DNA from: Eledone cirrhosa
Lineage: Eukaryota
NCBI GenBank assembly: GCA_964016885.1
Contig: OZ024744.1
Span: 72,044,001 to 72,108,000 of the forward strand
Length of the DNA: 64,000 bases
Reading direction: 5' to 3'
A program made the translations under genes and the position numbers. The notes under the pieces were generated by a model. The model made no database searches, was not told the DNA's origin, and saw nothing but the letters and a program-made list of their open reading frames with translations. The stretch's first letter is position 1; each line of letters opens with the position of its first letter. Below, piece after piece: positions 13,897-27,589 of this stretch.

Positions 13897-14120
13897 AGTC
13901 AGGACCCCGACGGCTGAGCTCCAGCCGTTTCCGCAGTTAGATCCGAACTAAAGCAGCAGTATTCAATACCTACTGGTTTAGTTCGGTTCTAGGTGTCGAA
14001 ATGGCTGGAACTCAGCCGTCGGGGTCCTGACTCTTTTTCTTTTACCCACTCTACTACCCTAAGTATCGAGCACTCTGGTGCGTACAGGTCCGCCTGGTTC
14101 CTTACCACACTTTCTTTGTT
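13897..14120. repeat. (TA)n-flanked asymmetric inverted repeat carrying the 3' half of a probable HHR
   Basis: 13897-13955 pairs with 13976-14034; contains GAAAUGGCUG-loop-CAGCCGUC-GGGG. Confidence 0.6.
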
Positions 14121-14370
14121 ATATATATATAAGGAAAGTGGAAGCATAACTGTTCGGCAAACAAGAGTTGTGGGTTCGGCCTCCACGCGTGCGGATGCCC
14201 ATCTCTTTCTGTTCAGTGGCCTTATACCCCTCGTTAATAAAGCACCAGTAATGCGCTGCGATAATTGCTGGCCTTGTGCCAAAAATAGAAACAATTATAT
14301 TTGTGCTATTTTATGTAGGCAAATTTACGGTGAGATCTAATTCAATTTTCATATACATAATATATATATT

Positions 14371-14431
<61 letters not shown>

Positions 14432-14877
14432 GTGTGTGTGTGTGTGTCTGTGTCTGTGTGTGTGTGTCTGTGTGTGTGTGTCTGTGTGTGTGTCTGTGTG
14501 TGTGTCTGTGTGTGTGTCTGTGTGTGTGTGTGATCGCGTGCGTGTGTGTGATCGTGTGTCGGTGTGTGTGTATGTGTGTCATTGTTTATGTGTGTGTGCG
14601 CGTGTCACGTGTATTAGAGTACATTTCTAAGCACAGATAAATCTTTCAAAACGGTCGCAACATATTTTAGGAAAACACATATGGTTTTTCAGCTGCTGGA
14701 AATATTAAAATATTTTGTGAATTTTCTTATTCATATATAAATAGAATGTAAAAGGATTTTTTTTTATATGTACATTGCCTTAATTTTCTATTTTGTCGTA
14801 AAAATGTTTAATTTTACATATTTTTCCTATGAAAGAAATAAGAACTAGAGGATTACACGCACACACACACACACGCA

Positions 14878-15004
<127 letters not shown>

Positions 15005-15773
15005 TAAAAAAAGGAAAAGACGCGCTTGTCGAATAGAACGAAGGAAACAATGATAGTTCTATTGCTGACACTATGTCCTGGTCGCAACTCCTGAACAGAA
15101 TGTGGCATTTGAACTCGGAACACAAAGATGTGGATCAGATATCGCAAAGCATCCCATAAAACACTTTAATATTTCCGCCAATTCACCGTCCTCTGAACAT
15201 GTAGTTTGTTTATCGACCTCGAAAAGTTTACGGGTATAGCCAAACTCTGAGCCAAACTCAGTGCCAAACTCAGAGCCAAATACAGAGCACAGTGAATTCG
15301 TAAGAGATATCGGTGCCCTCAATTCTAATATTATATCAACATGTTTTATGTGTCAACTTCCACCGACAGTGATATAATAAAAGCTTTAACTATGAGCTGT
15401 CTAAATGTAAATATTTCCAATATCTCGGGAGAATGTGTTAAGACATGCATAAGTAATACTTTTCGAGAAGTGGGGTGCATAATATGTAGCTCATCATATA
15501 GCGGGCCGCTCTACAAAAAAATTATGTGTGCCATTCAGAAAACCAAAGGGGCCGCATGTGACTCATGAGCCGCTGCTTGCCCATGACTTCTCTAAGCAAT
15601 AGTATTTTGCCTTGGTTTATATACACACATTGTTAAGAAGATAAGAGAGAACTCTCTTTCACTCGTTGAAATACGTCAGGTAATATTCTTATTATCTTAT
15701 ACATATACAGGGGAACTAGCTTAGGTGAGACAACAAAGCTTTTGCCTCCAGATATACAACGAAACGTTTAGAG

Positions 15774-16088
15774 CAAGGGCTTGCAACAGGCGGCTCGCGG
15801 GCGACACTCCATCCCGCCAGACGAGTCAGAGTGGCCCGCGATGACCGTTTTTAGATTTTACCTTGTAGGCTTTTTTAGAATTTTTTTTCGTAACCGTAAT
15901 ACAATTTTCTGTTAGTTGATCTAAAGAGCTTCACTGACAGGGTTATGTGTGTTATAATTTCCCAGTTCCCTGTTATAGAAAGGAGATGTGGTTTAGATTA
16001 GAATACATATTTTTGACAGTGACTGCCCCTAATAATTGTTCCAATGTTGAAAAGTGACCCGCCAATGGAATATGTTGCACCCCCCCGA
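15774..16088. mobile_element. hAT-like MITE, degenerate
   Basis: Imperfect TIRs (CAAGGGCTTGCAAC...GTTGCACCCCCCCG) with subterminal GCGGCTCGCGGGC/GGCCCGCG motifs. Confidence 0.5.
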
Positions 16089-16629
16089 TTTAGAGTGAAT
16101 ACGAACTAAAAGACATATCAGATGACTGTCCAGTATCTTATCCATTCAACCTTTCCACATCGACATATTAATTATTCTATTTTTTAATGCATATAACTTT
16201 CCCTTTGATTCAGGATGTTTCAGAATATATGAAAAATTCAATATATATATATCTGTTGAAATTCTTCAGAAATATTTCCATTAGTTCAGGAAGCAAAATA
16301 GCCAAAATAAAACAAAACAAAACTAATTAAAACGAAACAAAATAAGACAAAATTTTCGGGGAAGGAGAAATTTTACGTCAATAAAAATCATATGTTGAAC
16401 CCAAAATGTTTATTATGATAATATTGTTTTGTTGTTATTGTGGTATTTCATCCAATTTAAGCAAGAACAAATACATTTAAAAAAAAATATTTCGTTATTT
16501 GGAAATAAATGAAAGAAAATAATGTATACATTGCATTAAATATTGTAACATGACAATACATACACACATACACACATATGTATATATATATTATATGTAT
16601 ATATATATTATATATTGTATATATATATA

Positions 16630-16713
<84 letters not shown>

Positions 16714-16742
16714 ATATATTTATATATACGTTGATATGTATA

Positions 16743-16813
<71 letters not shown>

Positions 16814-16944
16814 ATGCATATATTAACACACAAAAACACGCACACAAATACTCACACATATATGTATGTATATACATATATATACATACATTCATGTATG
16901 TTATATGGGGAATTATGTGAGTATATTGAGGTGCACTTGCATAA

Positions 16945-17018
<74 letters not shown>

Positions 17019-17019
17019 G

Positions 17020-17051
<32 letters not shown>

Positions 17052-17254
17052 TAATTTATACACCCATTGGTGTAGGGTAGTGCATTAAAAGCACCAACCA
17101 AACCCAAACATTGTAATGCAGTCTCACTGTTTATATATAAAAACAAAACTGTATCCGATGTGTTACAAGGGTGAACAGACATAATGAACACGCCTCTAAT
17201 CCTTCTTTATTTTTTCATACGCATATGATTCATTACATTATATATGTATGTATG

Positions 17255-20200
17255 TTCTTCAGGTTTTATAATTTCACAAATTTTTGCCAATAGAGAGAGA
17301 GTCGGTTTCTAACATAGACACAAGACTCTCTCATTGGAATTTACACAACATCAACTAGGTAGATATGTATGTATGTCTGCATGTGTAGATATGGATGTTA
17401 TTGTAGGTGTGGATGTATATGTTTTGAGTTGTATGTGTGCATGTGTATATGCTTTGTATCTGTACATGTGTATATGCAGTTATTAGATGCAAAATATTTG
17501 GAATGTTTTACATATTTTTACTGTTCCATTAATGGATTGTACTTGTAATTTCCTAACTAGTCGTGTTCTTTCTGTTCCTGTGAAGCCTAGCTTCTCAAGA
17601 TTTGTATTGAGGCAGTTTCTAACATACCCCAGTGCCCCAATAATCACAGGCATAAATCTGAAGGTGTAATCAGGGTGGAGTATCTGCAGATTTCTCATCA
17701 GTTCTGCATAAATATTCTCCTTTTCGCTCATCTTTGATATTATATTGGCCTCTGTTGGGCAGCTAACTTCGACTACTGTGCATGTTTCTTCTCCTTGTCC
17801 AATATCATAATATCTGGTCTGTTATGCCTGCATTTTATTGGGGTTTTTACTGGAACATTCCACCAGTACTCTTTCATATTATGTATACATGGATGTCTTC
17901 CACATTGCTGTAGCTTTTAATGTGTTTATTATCGAGGCTATCTTTTCTACGGATTGCATTATACAGTGTTTTTGCCACTACATCATGCCTCATAGGTAGA
18001 TAGTACCGCCATGACATCTTTTTACAGCTGCTTATGACGTGAGAGACATCTTTGGATAGCTGCTTATGACGTGAGTGACATCGTCGATGTTAAATCTGCA
18101 GAGTCTGCACTTGTTATTACATCTAGGTGTTTTCCCTGCATCCCTATCTCTTTTGTGAATCAGGTATTTCGTGTTAATTTCCTGTTCTTGGTTTGCAAAA
18201 GCGTATCCTTCAAAGTGGGAGCCAATATAGCGGTTGTTGGTCCAAGATAGACTACTTTCCTTATCTATATCACTCTCCTTCTGGAGCTCCCTGGCAACAT
18301 ATCCATGCATGATTTTTTCCTGATAAGTATGCAGTTTTTCATCCATGGATTCACTGTGATACTGCTGAGCGACTTACCTGGGTATGAGTTTTGGATTATC
18401 ACACAGGGAATATATTTCGAGGAGTTCCTTCCCAACTCTCATGATCTCATCTGTTGCATGCAGATAGACTTGCTCGAGAGACGAGCTCCTACGCTTTGAG
18501 GTTCGTAGGTGTTGTCGGAGGGATATGCGACATTCAAATGTTGTCTGGACTGATGTTTGGCCTCTGCCTCCCTGCTTACGTTTCAAGTAAAGGCAGTCTA
18601 TGTCACTGTTGATGTGGAAGTTTCCGGTGTTGTTTAGTATTTTTCGAGTTCCAACATCAACTGCTCGAATTTCGTCTATCGTCCGTCCAATTGAGTATTC
18701 CAAACGTTGGTGTTAGGACAGTCATAGCAAACACATTGTGAGCCACTGTTTTGTTTTGCGCAGAGAGTTCCGATGACCGTATCTTTCTTAATCAGGTGTA
18801 GTATTCCCTGGTTACGCGTTCCTTATTACAGATACCATTATAGGATATATTCTCATCTATCCCCAGGTATCTGTAGCAGTTCTCATCAGATATCGGTGAA
18901 ACAGTTAGGCTTTTGATGACAATGTTGCTAGATGGGGTTGTTATTTTTCCCCGCTTTACAGTCATGTATGAGCATTAATCTTGGCCAAACTCCATTCCTA
19001 TATCTTTTGAGAATGTTGTATCCAGGTCAAGATTTTTCTTCATCCCATCCATGTTCTTGGCATAGAGTTTCAGACCATCCACAAAGAAATTATGTGTTAT
19101 GTTCCTATTTCTGTCCTCCTGTGAGCCAATGATGTATCCTACACATTTCTTGAGCAGAAAGAACAAAGGGTTTAATGACAGGATAAATAATATCACAGAG
19201 AGCCTGTCTCCCTGAAATATACCCCTGTGATATTCTATTTTATCGGTGAAAATAGTCCTACTTCTCTGTCTTTAACTTTAGGATAGTAGACCAAGAAGAA
19301 CACAGCTTCTCAATGGCTCTGACAATAATGTCTGGGACTTTAGCAAGTCGGAGGGCCTCTATCATCCAAGAGTGGGGAACAGAATCGAAAGCTTTCCTGT
19401 AGTCCAGCCAGACTGTAGCCATATTCCTCCTAAGTTGTCGCAACTCTGACATCGCAGTTTTGTTGATTAGGAGTTGTTCAGCACATCCCCAAACCCCTTT
19501 CTTTCCAGCTGCTTGTTCATCTGTGATGATTTTTTTTTATGGCATCGGCCGAGGGCCTGACGCCATGCTTTGCAGCGAAGAGTTACGGCCCTTTATGGTC
19601 TGAGTTCAAATCCCGCCGAGGTTTATTTTGCCTTTCATCGTTATGGGGTCGATAAAATAAAGCACCAGTAATACAATGGGATAATTGCTGGCCTTGTGCC
19701 AAATGTAGAAACAATTATTTTTACTGTGATCTTGGAGGAATAAGTTCAGGCAGGCTGTATACATCTTATACATCAGGTTCTGGCTTGCAATGGGTCGGTA
19801 GTTTTTTGCCAAGTGTTTGTCTTTGTTCTTGGGGACCAGTAATGTTTGTGCTAATGTCAACGATTCTGGTATAAGTATATCTCCCTTGAGAACTTGTTGG
19901 TAGAAATCGGTAAGATACCTCCGATAGAATATCAGTTTTTTGTACCAGTAGCCGACAATCATGTCTCTTCATGGTGTTTTCTTATTTTGGAGTTTTCCTA
20001 TCAAAGTCTCATTTCGTATATTTTTGTTGTAGTGTAGGAGCAATAGTTCTTTTGGATTTCTTTTAGCCACACTGCATCTTGGTTGAAATTCTACTTTTCA
20101 CCCCATATTTTGCTCCAAAAGGAATATATGTCTGAGTGACACTTATTATTTTGCCCTTCATATCTCTAAAGACTGATGTTTGGTTTCGTCTGAATCTTTT

Positions 20201-20540
20201 ATTAAGCACGTTTCTTTCATCTACCTTCTTCAGGTATCGACATTTTTCGTTGACAGCTCTCAATTTTTGTTTGAGGGTGATCAGCTTATATTGAAGAGTT
20301 CTGGTTCTACTGTTACCAAACATCGTCTCTATTTTATTTTTCACTCTTTGTTGGTGAGGAGTGAGTATTTTTGTGTTTGTTTGCACGTAAGGAGCATATC
20401 CTATGTTTTTTCGTAGGTCAGCAATCTTTTTTTCTGTTTTAGTTATATATGATGGTATTTTTGGTGGTGTTTTGTTCTTGTTAATATCTCTGCTATCACC
20501 AAGATAATGCTTCACTGTCATTGCTAAGGCATTGATTTCT
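17255..20540 (-). mobile_element. R4/Dong-type non-LTR retrotransposon (RT plus restriction-like endonuclease), decayed and 5'-truncated
   Basis: KNYRPIA, WLDYRKAFDSVPH, FFVDG(D)LKLY, CRLC..HVISS and PD..E motifs; bounded by (TATG)n; SINE inserted at 19535-19718. Confidence 0.9.
19535..19718 (+). mobile_element. Nin/Deu-like tRNA-SINE nested in the R4/Dong element
   Basis: Same family as 4436; interrupts the RT-coding region. Confidence 0.8.
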
Positions 20541-20654
20541 ATGTATGTATGTATGTATGTATGTATGTATGTATGTATGTATGTATGTATGTATGTATGT
20601 ATGTATGTATGTATGTATGTATGTATGTATAAATGTATGTATGTATGTATGTAT

Positions 20655-21213
20655 ATCTCTTTCTCTTAATTTCGAGTATTTTTTTTTGACCGGCCACCTT
20701 CCTGGTGGCAAGGTTGTAAAAGAAAAGAAATTGTCATCCCTTGAATCGTAAGAATGTTTTGCAAATTTTGAAGGTGCCACCTATCGCAGCCATTTGTAGA
20801 CTATAAATCCAAGTTCAGTCATACTTTGGTACAAGCGGGTTGGTATATAACCCGTAGCTCCAATAATGATGGGTATGAAGCTAAAGGTGTATCTTGGATA
20901 CTGGATTTGTAAACTCCTCATCAATGGTCTGTAGATGTCCTCCTTCTGTTTTTTTCTGACAACGTTTACAACAAGTGGGCAGCTGATCTCCACAACAGAA
21001 CACGTTTTCAATGTGTGGTCCCAAACAACAATATCAGGCCGGTTGTGCTTTAATTTGGTGGCAGTTTTTATTTTCAGGTTCCACCAGTATTCCTTAGTGC
21101 CATCTGTCTCAATATATTCTTCCTCGTTTGTTGTTAATTTTGTTTTCCGAAGTGCGTTCCAGATGGTTCTAGCTATCCCATCGTGTTTCATGGGGAGGTA
21201 GTAGCGAGATGAC

Positions 21214-21215
<2 letters not shown>
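20655..21215 (-). mobile_element. Second R4/Dong subfamily, 3' fragment (REL domain)
   Basis: MSSRYYLPMKHD...HNRPDIVVWD..CSVVEISCP; (TATG)n on both sides. Confidence 0.85.
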
Positions 21216-21244
<29 letters not shown>

Positions 21245-21342
21245 TGTATGTATGTATGTATGTATGTATGTATGTATGTATGTATGTATGTATGTATGTA
21301 TGTATGTATGTATGTATGTATGTATGTATGTATGTATGTATG

Positions 21343-22461
21343 TTATTCTGGTTTATAATTTCACAAAGTTTTACCAATAGAGAGAGAGTCGGTTTCTAAC
21401 ATAGACACAAGTCTCTCTCATTGGAATTGACACAACATCAACTAGGTAGGTATGTATGTATGCCTGTGTAGATATGGATATTATTGTATGTGTGGATGTA
21501 TATGTTTGGAGTTGTATGTGTGCATGTGTATATGCTTTGCATCTGTATATGTGTATATGCAGTTATTAGATGCAAAATTGTTGGAATGTTTTACATATTT
21601 TTACTGTTCCATTAATGGATTGTACTTGTAATTTTTTAACTAGTTGTGTTCTTTCTGTTCCTGTGAAGCCTAGCTTCTCATGATTTGTATTGAAGCAGTT
21701 TCTAACATATCCCAGTGCCCCAATATTCACAGGCATAAATCTGAAAGTGTAATCAGGGTGGAGTATCTGCAGATTTCTCATCAGCTCTGCATAAATGTTC
21801 TCCTTTTCACTAATCTTTGATATTATATTGGCATCTGCTGGGCAGCTAATTTCCACTACTGTGCATGCTTTCTTCTCCCTGTCCCATATCATAATATCTG
21901 GTCTGTTATTCCTGCATTTTATTGGGGTTTTTACTGGAACATTCCACCAGTACTCTTTCATATTATGTACATGGATGTCTTCCACATTGCTGTAGCTTTT
22001 AATGTGTTTATTATCGGGGCTATCTTTTTTACGAACTGCATTGTACAGTGTTTTGGCCACTACATTATGCCCTACAGGTAGATAGTACCGCGATGACATC
22101 TTTGGACAGCTGCTGATGACATGGGTGATATGCTCGATGTTAGTTCTGCAGAGTCTGCACTTGTTATCACATCTAGGTGTTTTGCCTGCATCCTTATCTC
22201 TGTTATGAATCAGGTATTTCGTGCTAATCTCCTGTTCCTGGATTGCAAAAGCGTATCCTTCAAAGTGGGAGCCAATATAGCGGTTGTTGGTCCAAGATAG
22301 ACTACTTTCCTTATCTATATTACTCTCACTCTGGAGCTTCCTGGCAACATATCCATGCATGATTTTTTGCTGATAGGCATGCAGTTTTTCATCCATGGAT
22401 TCACTGCGATACTGCTGAGCGACTTCCCTGGGTGTGAGTTTTTGGATGATCACACAGAAAA
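21343..22461 (-). mobile_element. R4/Dong 3' fragment with open CCHC plus REL frame (ORF 21566..22492)
   Basis: CRLCRTNIEHITHVISSC and NRPDIMIWD..VVEISCP; highly similar to 17255-18410 including the 3' UTR. Confidence 0.9.
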
Positions 22462-23164
22462 TATGTATGCATGTATGTATGTGTATATGCATGAATGCAT
22501 ATATGTATGCATATATATATGAATGTATTTATGTATCTGTATGCATATATGTATGTATGTATATATGTATGTATACATGAATACATATATATATCTATAA
22601 TATTATAAAGCTGAGCGTCGTATGTTTGTATTATGTATGTATCCTACACACCTCCCTATAGTTTCTTAGATTTACTCTCTCCGTCGCTTTCCCTCTCTCT
22701 ATAATAGATCATTCCCCCTCTCTATAATTTAACTGCTTTACTCTCTCTGTGGCTCTTCACTCTCTATATGACAACACAGTTTTAGTTTCCGTATCTCCCT
22801 TTAATATATACACATAGAGATAGATTTAGAGAAAGAGAGATATTTAGAGAAAGATTAGGAAAACTACATCCACACATCTACAGAGAGAGACAGAAAAACA
22901 GAGGGAGGGGAAAATAGAGAGATAGGCCGTTAGACAGAGAGAGATACAATTAAAGTGTTAGTTATTCATAGAGAGAGAGAGAAAGAGAGAGACGGACAGA
23001 CAGGGGGGGACCAGCAAGTGATCGGTTTTTCCAATGATGTTAAATCAAGTATCGGCATTAAAATAATTTTGAAATAAACAATGTGTATGATCAAATGTAG
23101 CGGTGATTGAAAAATAACCTTCATTTCCGTGGTATATCTTTCATCTGTCGTCGCTCGCATAAGT

Positions 23165-23268
<104 letters not shown>

Positions 23269-23409
23269 ACACATACACACACAAATACACATACTTTCAC
23301 ACCTGATTTCGCCAATTGCCAGATAACATCAAAACATAACACACATGCACATACATACATATACATACACACATACACATACACATACACAAACACACAC
23401 ACACACACA

Positions 23410-23625
23410 TATCAATACTTATAAAGCTGACGGTCGTATGTATGTATGTATGTATATTAACAACACTGCTTAACTCTTTCTTTTTAAACTCATTTCTACA
23501 GTAGCTCCTCCCCTTTGCTACGAAGTCGGAAGGACAATGTGACACGGAAGGGTGTGTGGTATCTTGGCAGTGGAGTGGTGGGGGCAGGTATACCTTGCCG
23601 GGCTCCAGCCGGACGGGCAAGCTAG
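23410..23625 (+). mobile_element. Short non-autonomous Helitron
   Basis: 5' TC..TTATAAAGCTGA.GGTCGTATGTATG (similar start at about 22595); 3' CCGG hairpin plus CTAG|T. Confidence 0.6.
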
Positions 23626-23722
23626 TATATATATATATATGAATGTATGTATGCATGAATGCATATATGTATATCTGTATGTATGTATGTATATATGCAT
23701 GCATATATGTAGGTATGAATGC

Positions 23723-23812
<90 letters not shown>

Positions 23813-23818
<6 letters not shown>

Positions 23819-24115
23819 AATTAAAAAGAACAGAAAGATGCAGCGAGATCTAGGCTACATAGAAGATGCTACATAGATGTAGCGAGATCTAGGTAAATTG
23901 ATGTCTATTGAATCGTACGTAAGAACCGAATAAATCTCTTTTACTGCATCTTTCTGTTCTTTTTAATTCTTTATACACGCCTCGGAATATAGCTAAACTG
24001 GAACATACACCTTTTTTCTGCATTTCGTTGAGCACCACTCTGTTGTAAGCTGACATTCCCCTACACGGTACATAACACTGTGTCCTGGAAAACATTAATG
24101 CACTCGTGCATAACC

Positions 24116-24118
<3 letters not shown>
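23813..24118. repeat. (TA)n-flanked asymmetric inverted repeat
   Basis: 23813-23851 is approximately the reverse complement of 23944-23975; the right arm extends further. Confidence 0.6.
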
Positions 24119-24156
<38 letters not shown>

Positions 24157-24209
24157 ACATACATGCTATATATATGAATCTGGGTGTGTATGTACATATG
24201 AATATATTC

Positions 24210-24281
<72 letters not shown>

Positions 24282-24285
<4 letters not shown>

Positions 24286-24626
24286 ATAATAATAAATTTG
24301 AAGACTGAAATCCAAAGAGGGCTCGATAAGGATAAATATATATCAAATATATAAGAACCGTAGAGCAAATATTTATTAAAATAACAGATTAAAGTCTTTG
24401 CGTGTAATTGTTTTTCACCGCTCTTATTAATGACGTATTGTATTCGTTTTTTCCCCTTCTTTGCCAGCGAACGTTTCCACGAACCAAAGTATGATCTTCC
24501 TGTCTTCCTCCGGTTGCAACGTTTTTTGAAATATCCACTTCTGCGTTTACAGATTGACTTTGTTAGTTTCAGAAGATCCCGTTAAGGGTGAAAGCAGCGA
24601 TTCCTTGCTTAAACTTTAATCTGTTA

Positions 24627-24633
<7 letters not shown>
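24282..24633. repeat. (TA)n-flanked inverted-terminus element; related copy at 61292-61415
   Basis: AAATAACAGATTAAAG/CTTTAATCTGTTATTT inverted pair; both outer ends recur in opposite orientation at 61.3 kb. Confidence 0.65.
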
Positions 24634-24679
<46 letters not shown>

Positions 24680-24681
<2 letters not shown>

Positions 24682-24896
24682 AACGATCGACTTTCGTCAA
24701 ATTGGACCGAAGGAACAATGTTTCCGTTGGTCTTTCCAATTGGTAATACTATCTATCGGTCGCAACTCCAGGTAGAAGGAGCAGCGTGAAATAAAGTGTC
24801 TTGCTGAAGGACATAACGCATCGCCTGGTCCAGGAATCGAACTCACAACCTTACAATTGCGAATCCAATTCTCTAACCACTCAGCCACACGCCTTC

Positions 24897-24897
<1 letters not shown>
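24680..24897 (-). mobile_element. tRNA-derived CORE-like SINE
   Basis: A-box TGGCTGAGTGG, B-box GTTCGATTCC, then TGTCCTTCAGCAAGACACTTTATTTCAC. Confidence 0.75.
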
Positions 24898-24927
<30 letters not shown>

Positions 24928-25305
24928 TATATATATATATATATGCGTGTGTATATATATATATACACATATGTATATGTATGTTTGAATATATATATAT
25001 ATATGTGTGTGCGTGTGTGTGTGTTTGCGTGTGAACAATTGTGTGTATTGTGTATTATGTGTATGTTTCACCGCATGTGAATGTGAGTGTGTGTTTGTGT
25101 GTGTGTGTGGGCGTGTGGGCGTGTGTGTGTATGTGTATGTGTGTACGAATACATTTCGACTGAATCTGAATATTTACGGTTTTGAAATATATTGCTCGCA
25201 CATATTTACCGTATGTGGTATTGTTCAATTTTAATACTATCTCAATTTTAATACCCACGCATGCACACACACAAACGCGCACACGCACACACACACACAC
25301 GCACG

Positions 25306-25381
<76 letters not shown>

Positions 25382-25424
25382 CACACACACATGCATATAT
25401 ATATATATATATATTTTTTTTTTC

Positions 25425-25711
25425 GTTCGACTTTCGTTAAATCGGACCGAGGAAACAATGTTTCCATTGGTCTTTCCAGTTGCTGTTAATATCTATCGCT
25501 CGCAACTCCAGGTAGAAGGAGCAACGTGAAATAAAGTGTGTTGCTCAAGGACATCACGCATCGCCTCGTCTTGGAATCGAAATCACAACCTGACGATTGT
25601 GAATCAAATTCTCTAACCACTCAGCCACACGCCTTCACTCAGCCACACGACTTCACTCAGCCACACGCCTTCACTCAGCCACACGCCTTCATCGCTCAGC
25701 CACACGACTTC

Positions 25712-25712
<1 letters not shown>
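25425..25712 (-). mobile_element. Second copy of the CORE-like SINE with tandemly repeated 5' end
   Basis: Homologous to 24680-24897; the 18-bp CACTCAGCCACACGCCTT is repeated about 5 times at 25618-25712. Confidence 0.75.
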
Positions 25713-25772
<60 letters not shown>

Positions 25773-25774
<2 letters not shown>

Positions 25775-27581
25775 CATCATCATCATCATCATCATCACCG
25801 TTTTACGTCCGTTCTTCCATGCTAGCATGGGTTAGACGGGCTGTACTGTTGTGGGCAGTGTCTGGTCGGCTGACCATGCCTTGCTCATACAGGAACTGAT
25901 TTGGCTTGATTTCTACAGCTGGATGACATTCCTAAATACAACCTCATTTACAGTGAGTGCTGGGTGCTTTATCGTGGCGCCTACACGTCCACTTTACAGT
26001 GTGGGCTGGGTGCTTTTTTGCCGTGGCACCTCTACGATCACCTTGCAGTGGGGTGTGTGGGGGCATATTGTCTATATGTTTCAGCTTGTACCCATGGGAG
26101 GTCGGGTACTCTGTATTACTGCGTGACGACAGAGGTCACGGTCGTGTGTCATCGCGTTTGAGAGGTGTAATTGGGTAAGGTCGGCTTTTATCACCTCATC
26201 CCAGGTCATCTTGGGTCTCCCCACGCCGCGGTTTCCATCGACTTCTAGTGCACTGCACCTTTTTATGCAGCTGTCATCCTTCATACGCATCACATGTCCA
26301 TACTAACGCAACCGTCTCTCCTGCACACAGCATTTGATTCCTCTTATGCTCAGTCTCTCTCTCAATTCATTTATGCTTTGTCGTTCGCGTATATTACTAT
26401 TACACATCCATCGGAGCATGCAGGCTTCGTTTCTCTCTAATCTACGTAAGTCTTCCACCTTCAGCGCCCAGGTCTCACTACCATGCAACATCGCTGTTCG
26501 GATACACGCATCATACAGTCTGCCTTTCATTTTGAGGGAGAAGCCTTTTGCAGCTAGCAGTGGTAGTAGTTCCCTAAACTTCTTCCATCCCGTTCTTACC
26601 CTAGTTATTGTACTTTCTGAACGCCCACCTCCGCTGCTAATTCTGTCACCTAGGTAGCAGAAGCTGTCTACTGTTTCTACAGAGCCCTCCCAGAGATTGG
26701 TGGTACTTGTTTCCTGTGGCTGTTTGCTGCTTGCTGTCCCAGCACAGCTGCTGAATGTGAAGCCTATATTCTTAATTAAGCTTCCTGAGATACCGCTACA
26801 TCTCTTGTGTACCCACTGTTTGCATTTGGGGCAGAGAATGGATTTCCTACCTACACCTTTCCTACATACTGAGCAAGGCCATTTCCCTGAGGGCATCTGG
26901 GTTCTGTCTTCTCGTCTACTTACAAGAACCTTAGTCTTTGTCAGGTTGATTTTGAGACCCTTTTTTTCTAGTCCCTGCTTCCAAGTTTGGAATTTCTTCT
27001 CTAGTTCTACCATAGATGCAGCTATAAGTGCGAGGTCATCAGCATACAGGAGTTTCCATGGGCATCCGTCTTAAACTCCTCCGTTATTGCCTGCAGGACT
27101 ATGATGAACAGGAGGGGCTAAGAACAGAGCCCTGGTGGACCCCAACCTGTACGCTAAATTCCTCGCTATACTCATTGCTAATCCTAACTTTGCTGACTGC
27201 TCCCCTATACATGGCTTGTACCGCTTTCACAAGCCATTCATCTACTCCTAGTTTTTTAAGAGCCCACCAGATTACAGCACGTGGAACTCTGTCAAAGGCT
27301 TTCTCAAGATCGACGAATGCCAGGTAGAGTGGCTTACTTTTAGCTAGGTACTTTTCCTGTAACTGCCTCACAAGGAAGAGGGCATCAGTGGTGCCTCTTC
27401 CTGGTACAAACCGAAATTGCATCTCATCTAGTTTCACCCGGTCCCTAATCAGCTGTGTTATAACTCTTTCTGTTACTTTCATGACCTGGTCCATCAGCTT
27501 TATACCTCTATGGTTTCCTGTTTCTAGTGCATAACCTTTACCTTTGTAGCAGTTGACAATGATGCTACTGCACCAATCTTT
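25773..27581 (-). mobile_element. RTE-clade LINE, 5'-truncated
   Basis: FVDLEKAFDRVPR, GVHQGSVLSP, LLYADDL, FCYLG, LHGSETW, GHVMRM; (GAT)n tail. Confidence 0.9.
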
Positions 27582-27589
27582 TTGTATGA

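Noticed and set aside
24568-24605. HHR-like CAGAAGA-UCCC..GGGU-GAAAGC (also 61322-61356)
   Set aside because: U4 is replaced in both copies and I cannot form stem III/NUH or stem I convincingly.
24820-24897. tRNA gene
   Set aside because: Has A/B boxes but no cloverleaf acceptor stem and continues into a SINE body with a second copy nearby.
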